DNA of 41,310 nt from Candidatus Bathyarchaeia archaeon (GCA_046706605.1 JBJKPJ010000359.1:1-41310), one strand, 5' to 3'. Positions 17,014 through 27,491 are shown, numbered from the stretch's first letter. Made by a program: numbers and translations. The notes: generated by a model from the letters alone, not told the origin.

Positions 17014-20000
17014 CTAAACTGTAACCCCAGAAGCGCAAGTGATTTTCGGCGCTAAAAAAGCAGGGAGTGTGGCTTTAGCAAATGGGGAGGGCTTGGTCTT
17101 CTTGTTATAGAGAGGTATTGTGATTACAAATTTTACTCCTTCACCGGGGTTGCCCTCTTCGGTTATGGTCCACCCGTAGACTTCAATCATTTTCTTTACA
17201 AGTTTAAGCCCAAAGCCTGAACCGCCAGTGCTAAAGCCTTCAGCGAAAATTTTTTGTTTGTTCTTTCGTGGTATTCCAATGCCATTATCTTCATAGACTA
17301 ACTTTACTTCTTTAGCGGTTTTTGTGTAGCTTAATTGCACTTTGCTAACAGTTTTTCCATGTTTTAACGAATTGTCCACGAGGTTATAGAAAAGTTGCCC
17401 CAGCAACGAATCAGCAACAACAGTCAACCCCTGAGTTGAATTGACAACTTCCACTCCAACGTGGGGCAACAACTCGACTGCCCAGTCAAATGAGTGAGCT
17501 ACATTCACATCTTCAAGTTTTTCAGACCCAATCTTTTCATAAACCTTGCTGAACCTAAAGAGCTCAATAGATTGGTTGAAGGCTTGGTCGACTGCATCCA
17601 CATACTTTAGTAGTTCAGGGTTGTCTTTCAATCTCTTGCGCAACAAATACATGTTAGCTCTTGCAGCCATAAGCTTGTTTCCAACATCATGACGAGTTAA
17701 ACTGCCCAATACGCAAAGTTTTTCATTTATGCTTTCAAGTTGTGCATGCTGATTCGCAATAGCAGATAGCTTCCAACTACTGGATAGCGCAATAGCTGCG
17801 TAAACTCCAAATCCATCTGCAAGTTCTTTATCATATTCAGTAAAGCCCCCCGGCTTATTCGCAAATCCCAGTAACCCTACGGTGTTACCATCTACCGTCA
17901 AAGGTGCAAACAGTACATTCTCCAAGTAAACATGATCATTAGGCATAAATTTTACCCAGGAGCTGTTTGGAAAATCATTTGTATATGTCACTTTTTGAAT
18001 TCTATAGGCTGTATCCAACAATCCCTGAACGGACAAATTAGAACGGACTGTGTAGTTTGAACCCGTTTCACCAAAAAATAAGACTTTATTTTCAGCCCCA
18101 TCCTTAGGCAACAACACAACAACTCCAACAGGAGTATCCATCAAACGTTTAGCCGAATCAAAAATCTTCCGAGCTATAACTTCAAATTTTTCTCCCTTCA
18201 AAACTGCATGAGCACATTCCAAGAACGTTGATTCTTTTTCGTCTGCCCTCTTTCGTTCAGTGATGTCAGTAACTATTCCCAATATAGCCTGTCCGTCTTG
18301 GTACTCAATCAATTTAGAGTTGATAATAGCCTTAATTTTTTTGCCTTTTTTGGTAACCAAACTATACTCAAATGGTGCAACCTCTTTGCCAGACTGATGA
18401 ACCTTAAAGGAATCCATCAGAGGCTTAACACACTCTGGTGCAATCAACCTTAAAAAATCAAAATCATCAGCATAGAACTCTTCACGACGATACCCAAGGA
18501 TTTTTTCACACTTTTTGTTAGCATAAACAACTTTACCCTTGAAATTTATGAAAATCATATTAGGCGATTCTTCAGCAAGGTTCCTAAATTTTTCCTCATT
18601 TTCTAACAATGTCTTTTCAGCTTTCTTGCGTTCTGTTATTGGAACTGCAAGTTCTATGGCTGACGTAATATTTCCATACTTGTCTCTTAGTGGTGTAGCT
18701 CTTAATTCGATAAAGGTTGTTTCGCCTTTTGAATTAACTGTCTTGAACTCGTGTACATCGAGAGGTCTGTTTTCTTCAAAGACTTTCCTTACCCCGCAAT
18801 CTGGACAAATATCGTTTCGGTGGATGGCCGCGTAGCATTTTTGATTTGGCTTAAACCCAGCTTCCTTTAGAATATTATTAGCCCAAATAATGCGATAATC
18901 TTTACCTACTATGGCCAAGCCTGAATCAAGACTCTCAGCTACCCGTTCAAGCGCTTCGTACTTTTGCTCACGTTCTAACTTCGCTTTCTTGGATTCAGTT
19001 ATATCCTGCATTAAGCAGTGTGTCTTTTTAAAATTGTTATGCTCGTCATATTCAATCATTCCTTCAAAAGCAACAGAAGCTATTGAACCATCTTTGCGTT
19101 TTATCTCAAATTCACTGTGTATTCTTCCCGCTGACTTGAATTGTGGGAATCTTTGGCGAAACGCTTCCACCTGATTACCGAAAAGAAAGTCGCCAAACCA
19201 TCGACCGACAACTTCTTCACGGGCGTACCCAAGCATTTCTAGCCAAGTCTGATTAACCTCCAGAAAGTAGCCTTCAGCGTTAAGAGACTGATAGCCAAAT
19301 GGCAAACGCTCGTAAAGTTCACGATAATGTTTCTCGTTTCTGCTAAGTGCTTCTTGGGTTTTTTTCTGCTCTGTTATATCTGTGATTGAGCCTTCCAAGA
19401 TTTTTAATTCTGGGTAAAGTCTGAGGGAGGTACGACAAAATCTTGTTTCGCCCTGTTTGTTTAGCATTTTGCAATCGAAATCTGTAATTTTTCCTTGCTC
19501 GCGAAGCTGTTGCGCCATCTGCTGCCGTTCCAAAGGATCTGCCCAATGTGTAACAGATGGCTTGCCTATAACTTCTTCACGGGTTAAACCAAAAATACTG
19601 AGAAACTTATCGTTGCAATCAAGAATTTCTAAGCCATCCAACCTTGTTCTAAACATGCCTATCTCGGCGTTATTAAAAAGACTCTTAAATTTTGCTTCAC
19701 TGTCCATTAATTTCTTTTTCGCGTTTTTGCGTTCTGTAATGTCTTCACAGCTGCCCAGTATTTGTTTTCCTTTCCCTTCGGGTGTTCTTGCAAAAAGTAT
19801 ATCATAGCTTCGTAGCCAACGCCACTGTCCATTCGCATGTTTCATACGGTAATCAAGTTCATATACCGCATTATCTGGGGCATCTACAAATTTGGCGTGG
19901 TGTCCAGCTACAGCTTTAACATCATCAGGATGCAGAAGGTTGGCGAATAAATTTGAACCCATAGCCTGAATTTGCTCCGTTGTGTAACCCAAAAAGTCAA

Positions 20001-20535
20001 TGATTTCTTTGTTACTGTAGACATTTCGGTTTTCAACTATATCGTAAATGTAGATAAGGTTGGGCGTAGAATCAATAATGTGTTGTGTTAAACGCTCACT
20101 TTCGAGCAGTTTGTTTTCTGTTTGTTTTTTTGCAACTGCGTTTTTTATACCATGTAGGAGTTCCCCGTAAACCGTTTCTGGGTTTCCTTGCTTGTTGTAG
20201 TAGCCGTCTGCACCCAAATTTAATGCTTCTATGGCTATCTCTTCTCTGCCTTTGCCTGTGAACAGGATGAAAGGTATGTCTATGCCTTTTTCTTTGAGTT
20301 CTGATAGAAACTCAAGACCGTTTTTCGTGGGCAATTCATAGTCAGAAACAACTACATCATAGATTGCAGAGTTAAGCTTCTTATGAGCTTCATCAATGCA
20401 TGAAGCAAAGTCGATGTACAACCTGTCATCCAAACTTTGTAGAATCTGCTTGGAAATTTCCAAAATGGCTTTATCATCATCTACATGAAGTACCCGTATA
20501 AAGTCTGATTTGCTTTGGGAATTTAGACTAGACAT
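17014..20535 (-). CDS. Hybrid sensor: REC, multiple PAS, GAF and histidine kinase domains
   Basis: RVLHVDDD...VVSDY...LFTG receiver domain, repeated DITERKK PAC ends, GAF (LFAPLTVDGNTVGLLGFANK), TRHDVGN, NLVDNSLKHG, EDNGIG. Confidence 0.93.
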   Translation of the reverse strand: MSSLNSQSKSDFIRVLHVDDDKAILEISKQILQSLDDRLYIDFASCIDEAHKKLNSAIYDVVVSDYELPTKNGLEFLSELKEKGIDIPFILFTGKGREEIAIEALNLGADGYYNKQGNPETVYGELLHGIKNAVAKKQTENKLLESERLTQHIIDSTPNLIYIYDIVENRNVYSNKEIIDFLGYTTEQIQAMGSNLFANLLHPDDVKAVAGHHAKFVDAPDNAVYELDYRMKHANGQWRWLRSYDILFARTPEGKGKQILGSCEDITERKNAKKKLMDSEAKFKSLFNNAEIGMFRTRLDGLEILDCNDKFLSIFGLTREEVIGKPSVTHWADPLERQQMAQQLREQGKITDFDCKMLNKQGETRFCRTSLRLYPELKILEGSITDITEQKKTQEALSRNEKHYRELYERLPFGYQSLNAEGYFLEVNQTWLEMLGYAREEVVGRWFGDFLFGNQVEAFRQRFPQFKSAGRIHSEFEIKRKDGSIASVAFEGMIEYDEHNNFKKTHCLMQDITESKKAKLEREQKYEALERVAESLDSGLAIVGKDYRIIWANNILKEAGFKPNQKCYAAIHRNDICPDCGVRKVFEENRPLDVHEFKTVNSKGETTFIELRATPLRDKYGNITSAIELAVPITERKKAEKTLLENEEKFRNLAEESPNMIFINFKGKVVYANKKCEKILGYRREEFYADDFDFLRLIAPECVKPLMDSFKVHQSGKEVAPFEYSLVTKKGKKIKAIINSKLIEYQDGQAILGIVTDITERKRADEKESTFLECAHAVLKGEKFEVIARKIFDSAKRLMDTPVGVVVLLPKDGAENKVLFFGETGSNYTVRSNLSVQGLLDTAYRIQKVTYTNDFPNSSWVKFMPNDHVYLENVLFAPLTVDGNTVGLLGFANKPGGFTEYDKELADGFGVYAAIALSSSWKLSAIANQHAQLESINEKLCVLGSLTRHDVGNKLMAARANMYLLRKRLKDNPELLKYVDAVDQAFNQSIELFRFSKVYEKIGSEKLEDVNVAHSFDWAVELLPHVGVEVVNSTQGLTVVADSLLGQLFYNLVDNSLKHGKTVSKVQLSYTKTAKEVKLVYEDNGIGIPRKNKQKIFAEGFSTGGSGFGLKLVKKMIEVYGWTITEEGNPGEGVKFVITIPLYNKKTKPSPFAKATLPAFLAPKITCASGVTV

Positions 20536-20864
20536 TTATAGAGTCGCCATACCTATTATTGAAATTAGCCTTTTTATAATAGAGTTGTGAATTTGTAATC
20601 AACAAACAATACAAAAAGCAGCTGTAGAAACTGCTCAATCACGTTCGAACATCACCTGTCACAAATTCTACAATAACAAAATTTGATTCATACCAAAATT
20701 GTCTTATTGTTTTAAAGGCTCGATTGAACTTTATGTGAAGTTTTGATGAACTTTTACAACCTTTCATCGAGAAACCCATTCCGATGAAGATTTGACAGAA
20801 CCTATTTTGATAAGGCTTAATAGTTTCCGGCACCGAGTACATCTAAACTGTAATGTGAATCGTC

Positions 20865-22148
20865 ATGGTTGATGTTTGGCTTCCCTACGGAAAAACTGAC
20901 GTTTGTGTCAGAGTTCCAGCCCGAAACCTGCTTGGCACCATCGAACCCAAAGACCGCGAAGGCGCACCTGACGCCAAAGCTGAAGTAATACGTGCCCTAA
21001 GCGAGCCCATCGGCAGCAAACGCCTAACTGAAATTGCCAAACCCGAAAACAAAGTCGCCATTGTAGTCGACGACGCAACCCGCAAAGCCCCAAGTGAAGC
21101 CATGCTATTGCCTGTTCTTGCTGAGTTGAATTCGGCGGGCGTAAAAGACGAGAACGTCACGGTTATTTTTGGTTGCGGAACCCACCGTGCTGTAAAACCC
21201 GAAGAAGCCGCAGAGTTGCTTGGCGAAGAAGCACTCAAAAGGGTGAAAACGGTCAGCCACTGCTGTACTGAGCCGGATTTTGTTTATGTGGGCACCACCA
21301 AAACTCACGGCAACAAAATTAACCTCAACCGCACTTTCGCTGAAGCGGATGTAAAAGTGCTGCTGGGCGATGTGGGTTTTCACTACTATGCGGGTTATGG
21401 CGGTGGCAGAAAAAGCATCCTTCCCGCGGTCTGCAGCGAAGAAACCATAAAAACCAACCACGCCATGCTGCTTAGCTCCAGCGCGCGAACAGGAAACTTG
21501 CAAGACAACCCCGTGCACATCGACATGACTGAGGCGGCGCGGATGGCAAAAGTGGATTTTATCGTTAACGTGGTGGAAAACAAGAAAGGTGAAGTTGTCA
21601 GGGCGTTTGCGGGTGATTTGGAGGCGGCGTTTTTGGAAGCCGTCAAGTTGGTTGACGAAATGTACCGTGTTACAGTGGACCGTCGGGCAGACATAGTTGT
21701 GGTAAGCGCTGGCGGACACCCAGCCGACATGAACCTCTACCAAGCCTACAAAGGTTTAGACAACGCACTGGATGCAGTGAAGCGGGGCGGAATCATCATT
21801 TTAGTCGCAGAGTGCCCCGAGGGATATGGCAACCAGGTGTTTTATGACTGGATGAATCAGCTAGGCGACCTCAAAGCGGTGGAGCGGGAAGTTAAACGCA
21901 ACTTTGTCATGGGCGGACACAAAGCCTACTACCTGCTAAAAGCGCTACAGAATCATCAGATAATTTTGGTCTCCTCGCTGCCTGACTTTTACGCAACCAG
22001 CATCTTTAAACTCAAAACATCGCGAGCAGTCAACGACGCCTTGGCAGAAGCGATGAAAACTGCTGGATCAGCCGCACGGGTCTGGGCGATGCCTCTTGGC
22101 AGTTACACGTTGCCAGTGTTTAAGGCGCCAGAAGAAGCTAAAAACTAA
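20865..22148 (+). CDS. larA: LarA-family nickel-pincer-dependent racemase/epimerase
   Basis: DDATR, GTHR, HYYAGYGGGRKS, TNH, NLYQAYK, AECPEG motifs. Confidence 0.9.
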   Translation: MVDVWLPYGKTDVCVRVPARNLLGTIEPKDREGAPDAKAEVIRALSEPIGSKRLTEIAKPENKVAIVVDDATRKAPSEAMLLPVLAELNSAGVKDENVTVIFGCGTHRAVKPEEAAELLGEEALKRVKTVSHCCTEPDFVYVGTTKTHGNKINLNRTFAEADVKVLLGDVGFHYYAGYGGGRKSILPAVCSEETIKTNHAMLLSSSARTGNLQDNPVHIDMTEAARMAKVDFIVNVVENKKGEVVRAFAGDLEAAFLEAVKLVDEMYRVTVDRRADIVVVSAGGHPADMNLYQAYKGLDNALDAVKRGGIIILVAECPEGYGNQVFYDWMNQLGDLKAVEREVKRNFVMGGHKAYYLLKALQNHQIILVSSLPDFYATSIFKLKTSRAVNDALAEAMKTAGSAARVWAMPLGSYTLPVFKAPEEAKN

Positions 22149-22246
22149 AAACCCAGTTACCCAGTAAAAAATGGAAGGACACGTTTTTGCGGTTTTTAGC
22201 GTAACATTTAAGTTTAAAGTATGAAATTGGGTTTAGGCAAGGCGAA

Positions 22247-22729
22247 ATGATGCAACAGACCTTTACGCTGAGAAAATTTGTCCCCGACGACCTTCAAAAT
22301 GTAATGCAAATCAATCGCATCTGCCTACCTGAAAACTACACGGACTTCTTTTTCATAGACCTGCATCAACGATTCCCCGAAACCTTCATTGTAGCGGAAG
22401 AGAACGGAAAAATCGTTGGCTACATCATGTGCCGCATTGAAGTTGGACTGTCAAATTTTGGTTTCGGCGGCTTAGTACGTAAGGGCCACGTGGTTTCCAT
22501 CGCGGTGATGCCACAAAGCCGACGCAAAGGAATTGCCCAAGCCCTAATCCGAAGGGCAGCAGAAGGCATGGGATATTACAAAGCCAAACAGGGCTTTCTG
22601 GAAGTACGCGTGACCAACGAATCAGGCATATCGCTCTACAAAAAACTTGGTTTTGAAATCACCCGAACCATCAATGGCTACTACTCTGACGGCGAAGACG
22701 CCTACGTCATGACAAAAAAATTAGTCTAA
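22247..22729 (+). CDS. N-terminal acetyltransferase (archaeal Ard1/RimI-like GNAT)
   Basis: CLPENY, GHVVSIAV, RRKGIA, LEVRVTN, YYSDGEDAY. Confidence 0.93.
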   Translation: MMQQTFTLRKFVPDDLQNVMQINRICLPENYTDFFFIDLHQRFPETFIVAEENGKIVGYIMCRIEVGLSNFGFGGLVRKGHVVSIAVMPQSRRKGIAQALIRRAAEGMGYYKAKQGFLEVRVTNESGISLYKKLGFEITRTINGYYSDGEDAYVMTKKLV

Positions 22730-22780
22730 CAAAAATTTTACTAAAACAAAGTTTCGGTTTTTTGCCACGGTACTCAGGGA

Positions 22781-22889
22781 TGTAGTTAGGTTGGTTTAGC
22801 TGCTTAAAGGAGAAGGGGAGAAAAATGCAAAGACCCTCCGCCCATTGGCAGTTAAGCCAACCTAAAGATTTGCCACTTCCATTGCTACA
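22781..22889 (+). other. Long stem-loop, candidate structured RNA
   Basis: 22786-22804 pairs with 22847-22865 over 19 contiguous pairs, 3 of them G.U. Outer TGTAG/CTACA pairing. Confidence 0.55.
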
Positions 22890-23703
22890 CAAGCAATAAC
22901 AGCGATATAAAATAATGTGGGTTACAAATTGAAACAACAAGTAAGCGGTTAAAAGCTGGCTGCTTGCTAAAAGTATTTGAGTTTTAAGTCAGTTTTTGGA
23001 TGCGTAACCCCCGCCTAAAATCAGTGGAACAAAAGTTCATGGTTACCAAACACAGTCAACAACTAAACGGACACTGACAGCAAAAGAAGCTGTGTCAATA
23101 AACACTTGAAAGTTTTGAGCCTCAGCAGCAAAGTTCACCAAACTTATTTCAACTGTTAACAACGTCAAGGGCAGAACGGCATAAAGGGCGTGTTTTTCCC
23201 TGACTTTAAAGAGCAAAACATAAGATAAAAACCACGGCGGCCATAAAACGCAAATGCGCCAAACATGCCCCCAAGGCCAACCAAGCGGATTTAGCGCCCA
23301 GCTAAACCAGTCACGTTTATGGTGTAAAATGTTGTTAGGATATAACATCCAGAAACCCACGCAATACCTTGGGAAGAAAACAGCAAAGACGCCATTTCTG
23401 GTTGCCTTCACTGGTTGGGGGTATTTGAATCACAAGATAACCAGGCTTGTTATGGGGATAAACAGGATAAGGTAAAGTGCACAAGCCATCGTTCGCTACG
23501 GAGCATCAGTGTGGCTATATTAAAAACCCAAATTAGCCTGTGGCGACAAGAAATCCTTAGATAGACTTTTAGTGATTGCACGCTGTAAACGCCTCACTTA
23601 GTTCATCGTAAGATTAACTCAATTAGCCTTATTCCCAAAAACAAAATTGAAGAAACTGCGCACCAGAAAACAAAAACTCTAAAAAGATAAGAAATTTTGG
23701 AGC

Positions 23704-24567
23704 CTAAGCTTTAGGCTTAAGCTTATCTATTGCGCTGCTTAGGCTGGCCATTTGGGCATTTGCTTTGCGAATGATGTCGGCGATGGTGTCTTTGGTTGGA
23801 ATTGCCGCTCCAACTGAAAGAGAAACAGCTTTCTGGTGAGCATGTTGCAGAAGCGGTTCAATGGTGTCTTTGCTTGCATAGCCAACTTCCAATGCCAAAG
23901 CAAACGCTTCGGATTGTTTAGCTTGCAATTCTTTACGGGTGGCTGCAACATCAATTGCTAACTGATCGCCTGTAATAATCATGCCGTGGTCGAAAACTGC
24001 ACGCATTGAAATGCCCAGCTCAACAGCTTTTATGCCCAGCTTAGAGAGGACACCTGCGAGACGTTCGTTGATTGGTTCGCCTTTCCGAACAACCAAGGTG
24101 TCTTTGCTAACCCAGACGCTGCCAGATTCGATTCTTGTAGGCAGTCCAACTGCATTAAGTTGGCTGATAACTGGGCCTGGAGGTTGACCAGTGTTTCCTG
24201 CTGGAACAACTACATCCATCGCGGCGATGTCGTTGGCTTTGGCGGTGGTTTTAACTTTGCCGCGTTCCAGCAACAATGCCAGCTTGAAGGGGTTAAGTTC
24301 AGTAAACAAGAAGACGTTTGATCCTTCCAAGTATTCTTCAAGTTTCTTTAATTCAGCTTGGTTGAGCTCATCGAGGGCGATTTTGATTAGGGTGTTTTTT
24401 AATACACGAAGGTAAACTTTGCCAGCCATGGATTTTTTAAGTTCCTGAAGTTGGGAAGCACGAACCTTTTGGAGGCTAGCTATGCCTATGGACTTGTATT
24501 CTTTGAATATTTCTTTTATTGCTTGAACTTCATTTGATTTTGCTTCTAATACTTGTTGAGATGGCAT
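23704..24567 (-). CDS. rpl10: 50S ribosomal protein uL10 (P0)
   Basis: VLKNTL, NPFKL, VPAGNTGQPPGP motifs; follows uL1. Confidence 0.96.
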   Translation of the reverse strand: MPSQQVLEAKSNEVQAIKEIFKEYKSIGIASLQKVRASQLQELKKSMAGKVYLRVLKNTLIKIALDELNQAELKKLEEYLEGSNVFLFTELNPFKLALLLERGKVKTTAKANDIAAMDVVVPAGNTGQPPGPVISQLNAVGLPTRIESGSVWVSKDTLVVRKGEPINERLAGVLSKLGIKAVELGISMRAVFDHGMIITGDQLAIDVAATRKELQAKQSEAFALALEVGYASKDTIEPLLQHAHQKAVSLSVGAAIPTKDTIADIIRKANAQMASLSSAIDKLKPKA

Positions 24568-24581
24568 GATACTTCTACTCT

Positions 24582-25235
24582 TTAAGCTTTAATTTTGACT
24601 GGTTCACCCATGGAGGTCTTGACGAAAGCGTACTTTACGTTTTTGAGCCCACGCTTCAATTTCCCATCCAACATGCGGAGAACAGTCATAGCGTTATCCA
24701 CTATATCTTCATCCTTCATCTGTTCAGAACCAACAGAAACCTGAATGATGGGTTGAGCACGCATTCTCACGACCACAGTTTTACGGTGCTTGTTGATTAG
24801 GGCAGTGAGGTCAGCGTTTGGCGGAACAGGAATAGGCATTTTGCCTCTTGGACCCAAAACTGGACCCAAAATCCTACCGACAAGGGACATCATTGGAACT
24901 TCGCAGATGAAAACATCATAGCTGGTTGCCAGTTTACGCAGGTCCTTCTTTTTGCCAGTTAAACTCTCCAAGTCAGCACGTTCAATAACTCTGTCAGCTG
25001 TGGAAGCCTTTGCTTTAGTGACAAAGTCGCCGCTGGAAGCAACAACACAGATTTTGTTTGGTTTATCTGTAACGTGTGGAAGCTCCACGACCTCTTGGAT
25101 TTTGCCTTCTGGCGCTTTCATGTCGATTTCGACGATGTCGAGAATTAAGTCTATGGTTTGGTTGAATTTTTTCTGACCAGACTTTTCTTTTGCCTGTTTA
25201 ACTGCTTCTGCTATAGTTTTGTTGTCTAGGGGCAT
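24582..25235 (-). CDS. rpl1: 50S ribosomal protein uL1
   Basis: KKFNQTIDL, LGPVLGPRGKMP, VKTSMG. ATG at 25235 preferred, alternative 25253. Confidence 0.96.
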   Translation of the reverse strand: MPLDNKTIAEAVKQAKEKSGQKKFNQTIDLILDIVEIDMKAPEGKIQEVVELPHVTDKPNKICVVASSGDFVTKAKASTADRVIERADLESLTGKKKDLRKLATSYDVFICEVPMMSLVGRILGPVLGPRGKMPIPVPPNADLTALINKHRKTVVVRMRAQPIIQVSVGSEQMKDEDIVDNAMTVLRMLDGKLKRGLKNVKYAFVKTSMGEPVKIKA

Positions 25236-25290
25236 TTTTAAGCCTCGTGCCATTGAGGGATTGGAAACCCATTATAAAAATATTCGCTTA

Positions 25291-25782
25291 TCATTGTTGG
25301 GTACCGAATAATTGTTCATAGCTGCCAGCATCAATTTCTTTCTGGACTTCACGCGGGTCTTTGCCTTCAACAGTGACGCCTAAACTCAGGCAGGTGCCAA
25401 GCAACTCTTTGGTTGCTTTCTTGACGGTCGGAGCTAACAGTTGAGGACCTTTAATTTTGGCAATCCGAACAATCTGCTCCATGGAAAGGTCGCCGACTTT
25501 AACCGAGTTAGGAGTGCCGGAGCCTTTCTCAATTTTTAGTTCCGCAACAATAAGTGCAGAAGCCGTTGGGGTTCCGACGGTTACTTCGAAGGTTTTATCT
25601 TCAGTGTCAACACTGATTTTAACTGGAACTTTCATTCCAGCATATTCTTTGGTGACTTCGTTGATTTTGTTGACAATAGCAACGATGTTAACGCCTAAAG
25701 GACCCAACGCTGGACCTAAAGGTGGACCTGCATTGGCTTGTCCGCCGCTAACGATCAATTCTACGACTTTTTTCTCTGGCAT
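25291..25782 (-). CDS. rpl11: 50S ribosomal protein uL11
   Basis: [32 protein letters not shown]. Confidence 0.97.
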   Translation of the reverse strand: MPEKKVVELIVSGGQANAGPPLGPALGPLGVNIVAIVNKINEVTKEYAGMKVPVKISVDTEDKTFEVTVGTPTASALIVAELKIEKGSGTPNSVKVGDLSMEQIVRIAKIKGPQLLAPTVKKATKELLGTCLSLGVTVEGKDPREVQKEIDAGSYEQLFGTQQ

Positions 25783-25795
25783 TTAATAGTTCTCC

Positions 25796-26269
25796 TTATG
25801 CTTTTGCTTTTTCTACTAGTTTTACATAGTCTGAATGGACTGTGATAGGCAAAGTAAAGGTTGCCTCAAGAAGTTCGAGGGTAACCTCGCCTTTGGATTT
25901 GTCAAGCCTTGTAATTTTAGCGCGCATACCTTTGAAGGGTCCGCCAGTGATTTCTACAACGTCATCTTCATCAAGGTCTTCCATGACGGGTTTACGCACT
26001 ATGTAACGTTCTATTTCTGCAAAGCTAACTAACCCAGGGATTCTGGAGCGGACATGCCGTATGCCTGCAATGGCTTCTTCCACCAAGTGGGGTCCGTCTG
26101 CTTCGACAAACACGTAGCCTTTTAAGGTGTCGGGGACAAGAAGAGATTTAATTGGGATATGGGTCATTTCAACTTTGGACGCAATTAAGCGTGCAACGTT
26201 GCGTTCCTGACCGGTTGTTGTTTTAACAACGAAAATTTTTACTTCATTTAACTCTTCCCTCTTGTCCAA
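25796..26269 (-). CDS. spt5: Transcription elongation factor Spt5 (NusG)
   Basis: TTGQERNV, LKGYVFVE, KOW motif VEITGGPFKG. Confidence 0.97.
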   Translation of the reverse strand: MDKREELNEVKIFVVKTTTGQERNVARLIASKVEMTHIPIKSLLVPDTLKGYVFVEADGPHLVEEAIAGIRHVRSRIPGLVSFAEIERYIVRKPVMEDLDEDDVVEITGGPFKGMRAKITRLDKSKGEVTLELLEATFTLPITVHSDYVKLVEKAKA

Positions 26270-26281
26270 GTCAAGTGCCTC

Positions 26282-26458
26282 CTAAGCACCACTAGGATTG
26301 AGTGTTGTTGCGATTAGTTTAATGACAAAGCCCATCAAGCCAACTGCGCCTATGCCTAGCAGGGTGATTTTTATAGAGAGCCAAAGCTCTTCCCTGTCTG
26401 GTTTAACAGATAGCTTTAAGGTTTTTGATGCCTGCTCAAGCCAAGATTTTATTCCCAT
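26282..26458 (-). CDS. secE: Protein translocase SecE/Sec61-gamma
   Basis: 58 aa, missed by the ORF track: MGIKSWLEQASKTLKLSVKPDREELWLSIKITLLGIGAVGLMGFVIKLIATTLNPSGA. KPxxEE motif plus a TM helix, directly upstream of spt5. Confidence 0.93.
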   Translation of the reverse strand: MGIKSWLEQASKTLKLSVKPDREELWLSIKITLLGIGAVGLMGFVIKLIATTLNPSGA

Positions 26459-26568
26459 ACTTACCGCACACTCAACATTTCACTATTGAATAATAAACGT
26501 TACTGTAACGTTTTGGTTTAACATTCTACAGTATCAGCTCTTTTAAACATTCCCCAGTTAATAGATGC

Positions 26569-27393
26569 TTAAAGCTTCCTGAAAGACAAACCCACTGCGT
26601 CTAAAGCCGAAAGCAAACCAGGCTTGTCTTCGCTTTTTATACCTTTCCAATCCAATACCACCTCTGACACTTTCTCCAAAGATTTCGCCACACACTGCCC
26701 AAGCATTTCCGAATCAATAAGGGAAACAGCGTACTTGGGAACCATGTGACCAAACACCGCCTTGCCGGAAAGCGCCATCTGCGTAAACTTCTGGTTATAA
26801 TGGGTTCCGCCAATGCCTAAAACGGCCTCGTCACGTGGCACTTCGAAATTAGAAACAACCTCAACAGCCGCATGGGCAACTGCTTCAGCCGCTCGCGAAT
26901 CTCCCCACTGTAGAGGAGAACTGCCCAGCTCAACAAACATAGTGGGCACGTTTAGGCTTGGACCATGGTGAGTAACTTCAAACGAAACCTCATAATCAAG
27001 ACGAAACTCTTCTTTGAAGCGGGCAAGAGCCTTCAACGCATTAGCCATGGCGACACCAGCAGAAACCGAGAGCGTTTTGGGTAGCCCACCAAGTTCCGCG
27101 GTGCCAAAGTTTCCAGGCGTATGAACTGACAGCGTAGGTTTGCCGCTTTGGCTGCTGTGTTGCGAAATGAAAACAACTAAGTTTGCTTCAGGAAAGTTTT
27201 CCGGGAGGTTCTGGGCGTTAACTGATTCATCCTGCAACGTCACCATTGTGACTATTTTAGAGTTTATCTCTGTGTTGTAGATTGGGTTTTGCTGGAATTT
27301 GTCGGAGGTTTGATGGAAGGGGTAATTGTTTAGGATTTGCTCTTTGATTTTTAGGCTTGCAAGGTCTTTTTTGGATGAAACCAGCAGAATCAT
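26569..27393 (-). CDS. dtdA: D-aminoacyl-tRNA deacylase (archaeal DTD2)
   Basis: SQHSS, LSVHTPGN, FEVTHHGP, FVELGS, GIGGTHY, GHMVPKY. Confidence 0.93.
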   Translation of the reverse strand: MILLVSSKKDLASLKIKEQILNNYPFHQTSDKFQQNPIYNTEINSKIVTMVTLQDESVNAQNLPENFPEANLVVFISQHSSQSGKPTLSVHTPGNFGTAELGGLPKTLSVSAGVAMANALKALARFKEEFRLDYEVSFEVTHHGPSLNVPTMFVELGSSPLQWGDSRAAEAVAHAAVEVVSNFEVPRDEAVLGIGGTHYNQKFTQMALSGKAVFGHMVPKYAVSLIDSEMLGQCVAKSLEKVSEVVLDWKGIKSEDKPGLLSALDAVGLSFRKL

Positions 27394-27491
27394 CACAGTT
27401 CCCACAGATAGGTTTAGCTTGAGAGGGAAAAGGCTTTTGCAAAAAGCTTATAATTACAGGCTTAGTTTTGCGTATTTGAAGGCACATAAAC

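Noticed and set aside
14850-20800. Kinase pair as a mobile island because it looks more AT-rich
   Set aside because: No integrase, transposase, tRNA or flanking repeats were seen. The composition shift was judged by eye only.
23043-23475. 122-aa minus and 73-aa plus ORFs as real genes
   Set aside because: Trp/Cys-heavy, atypical composition and no motif. Noted only as a possible decayed gene.
26298-26489. 63-aa plus-strand ORF
   Set aside because: Antisense shadow of secE.
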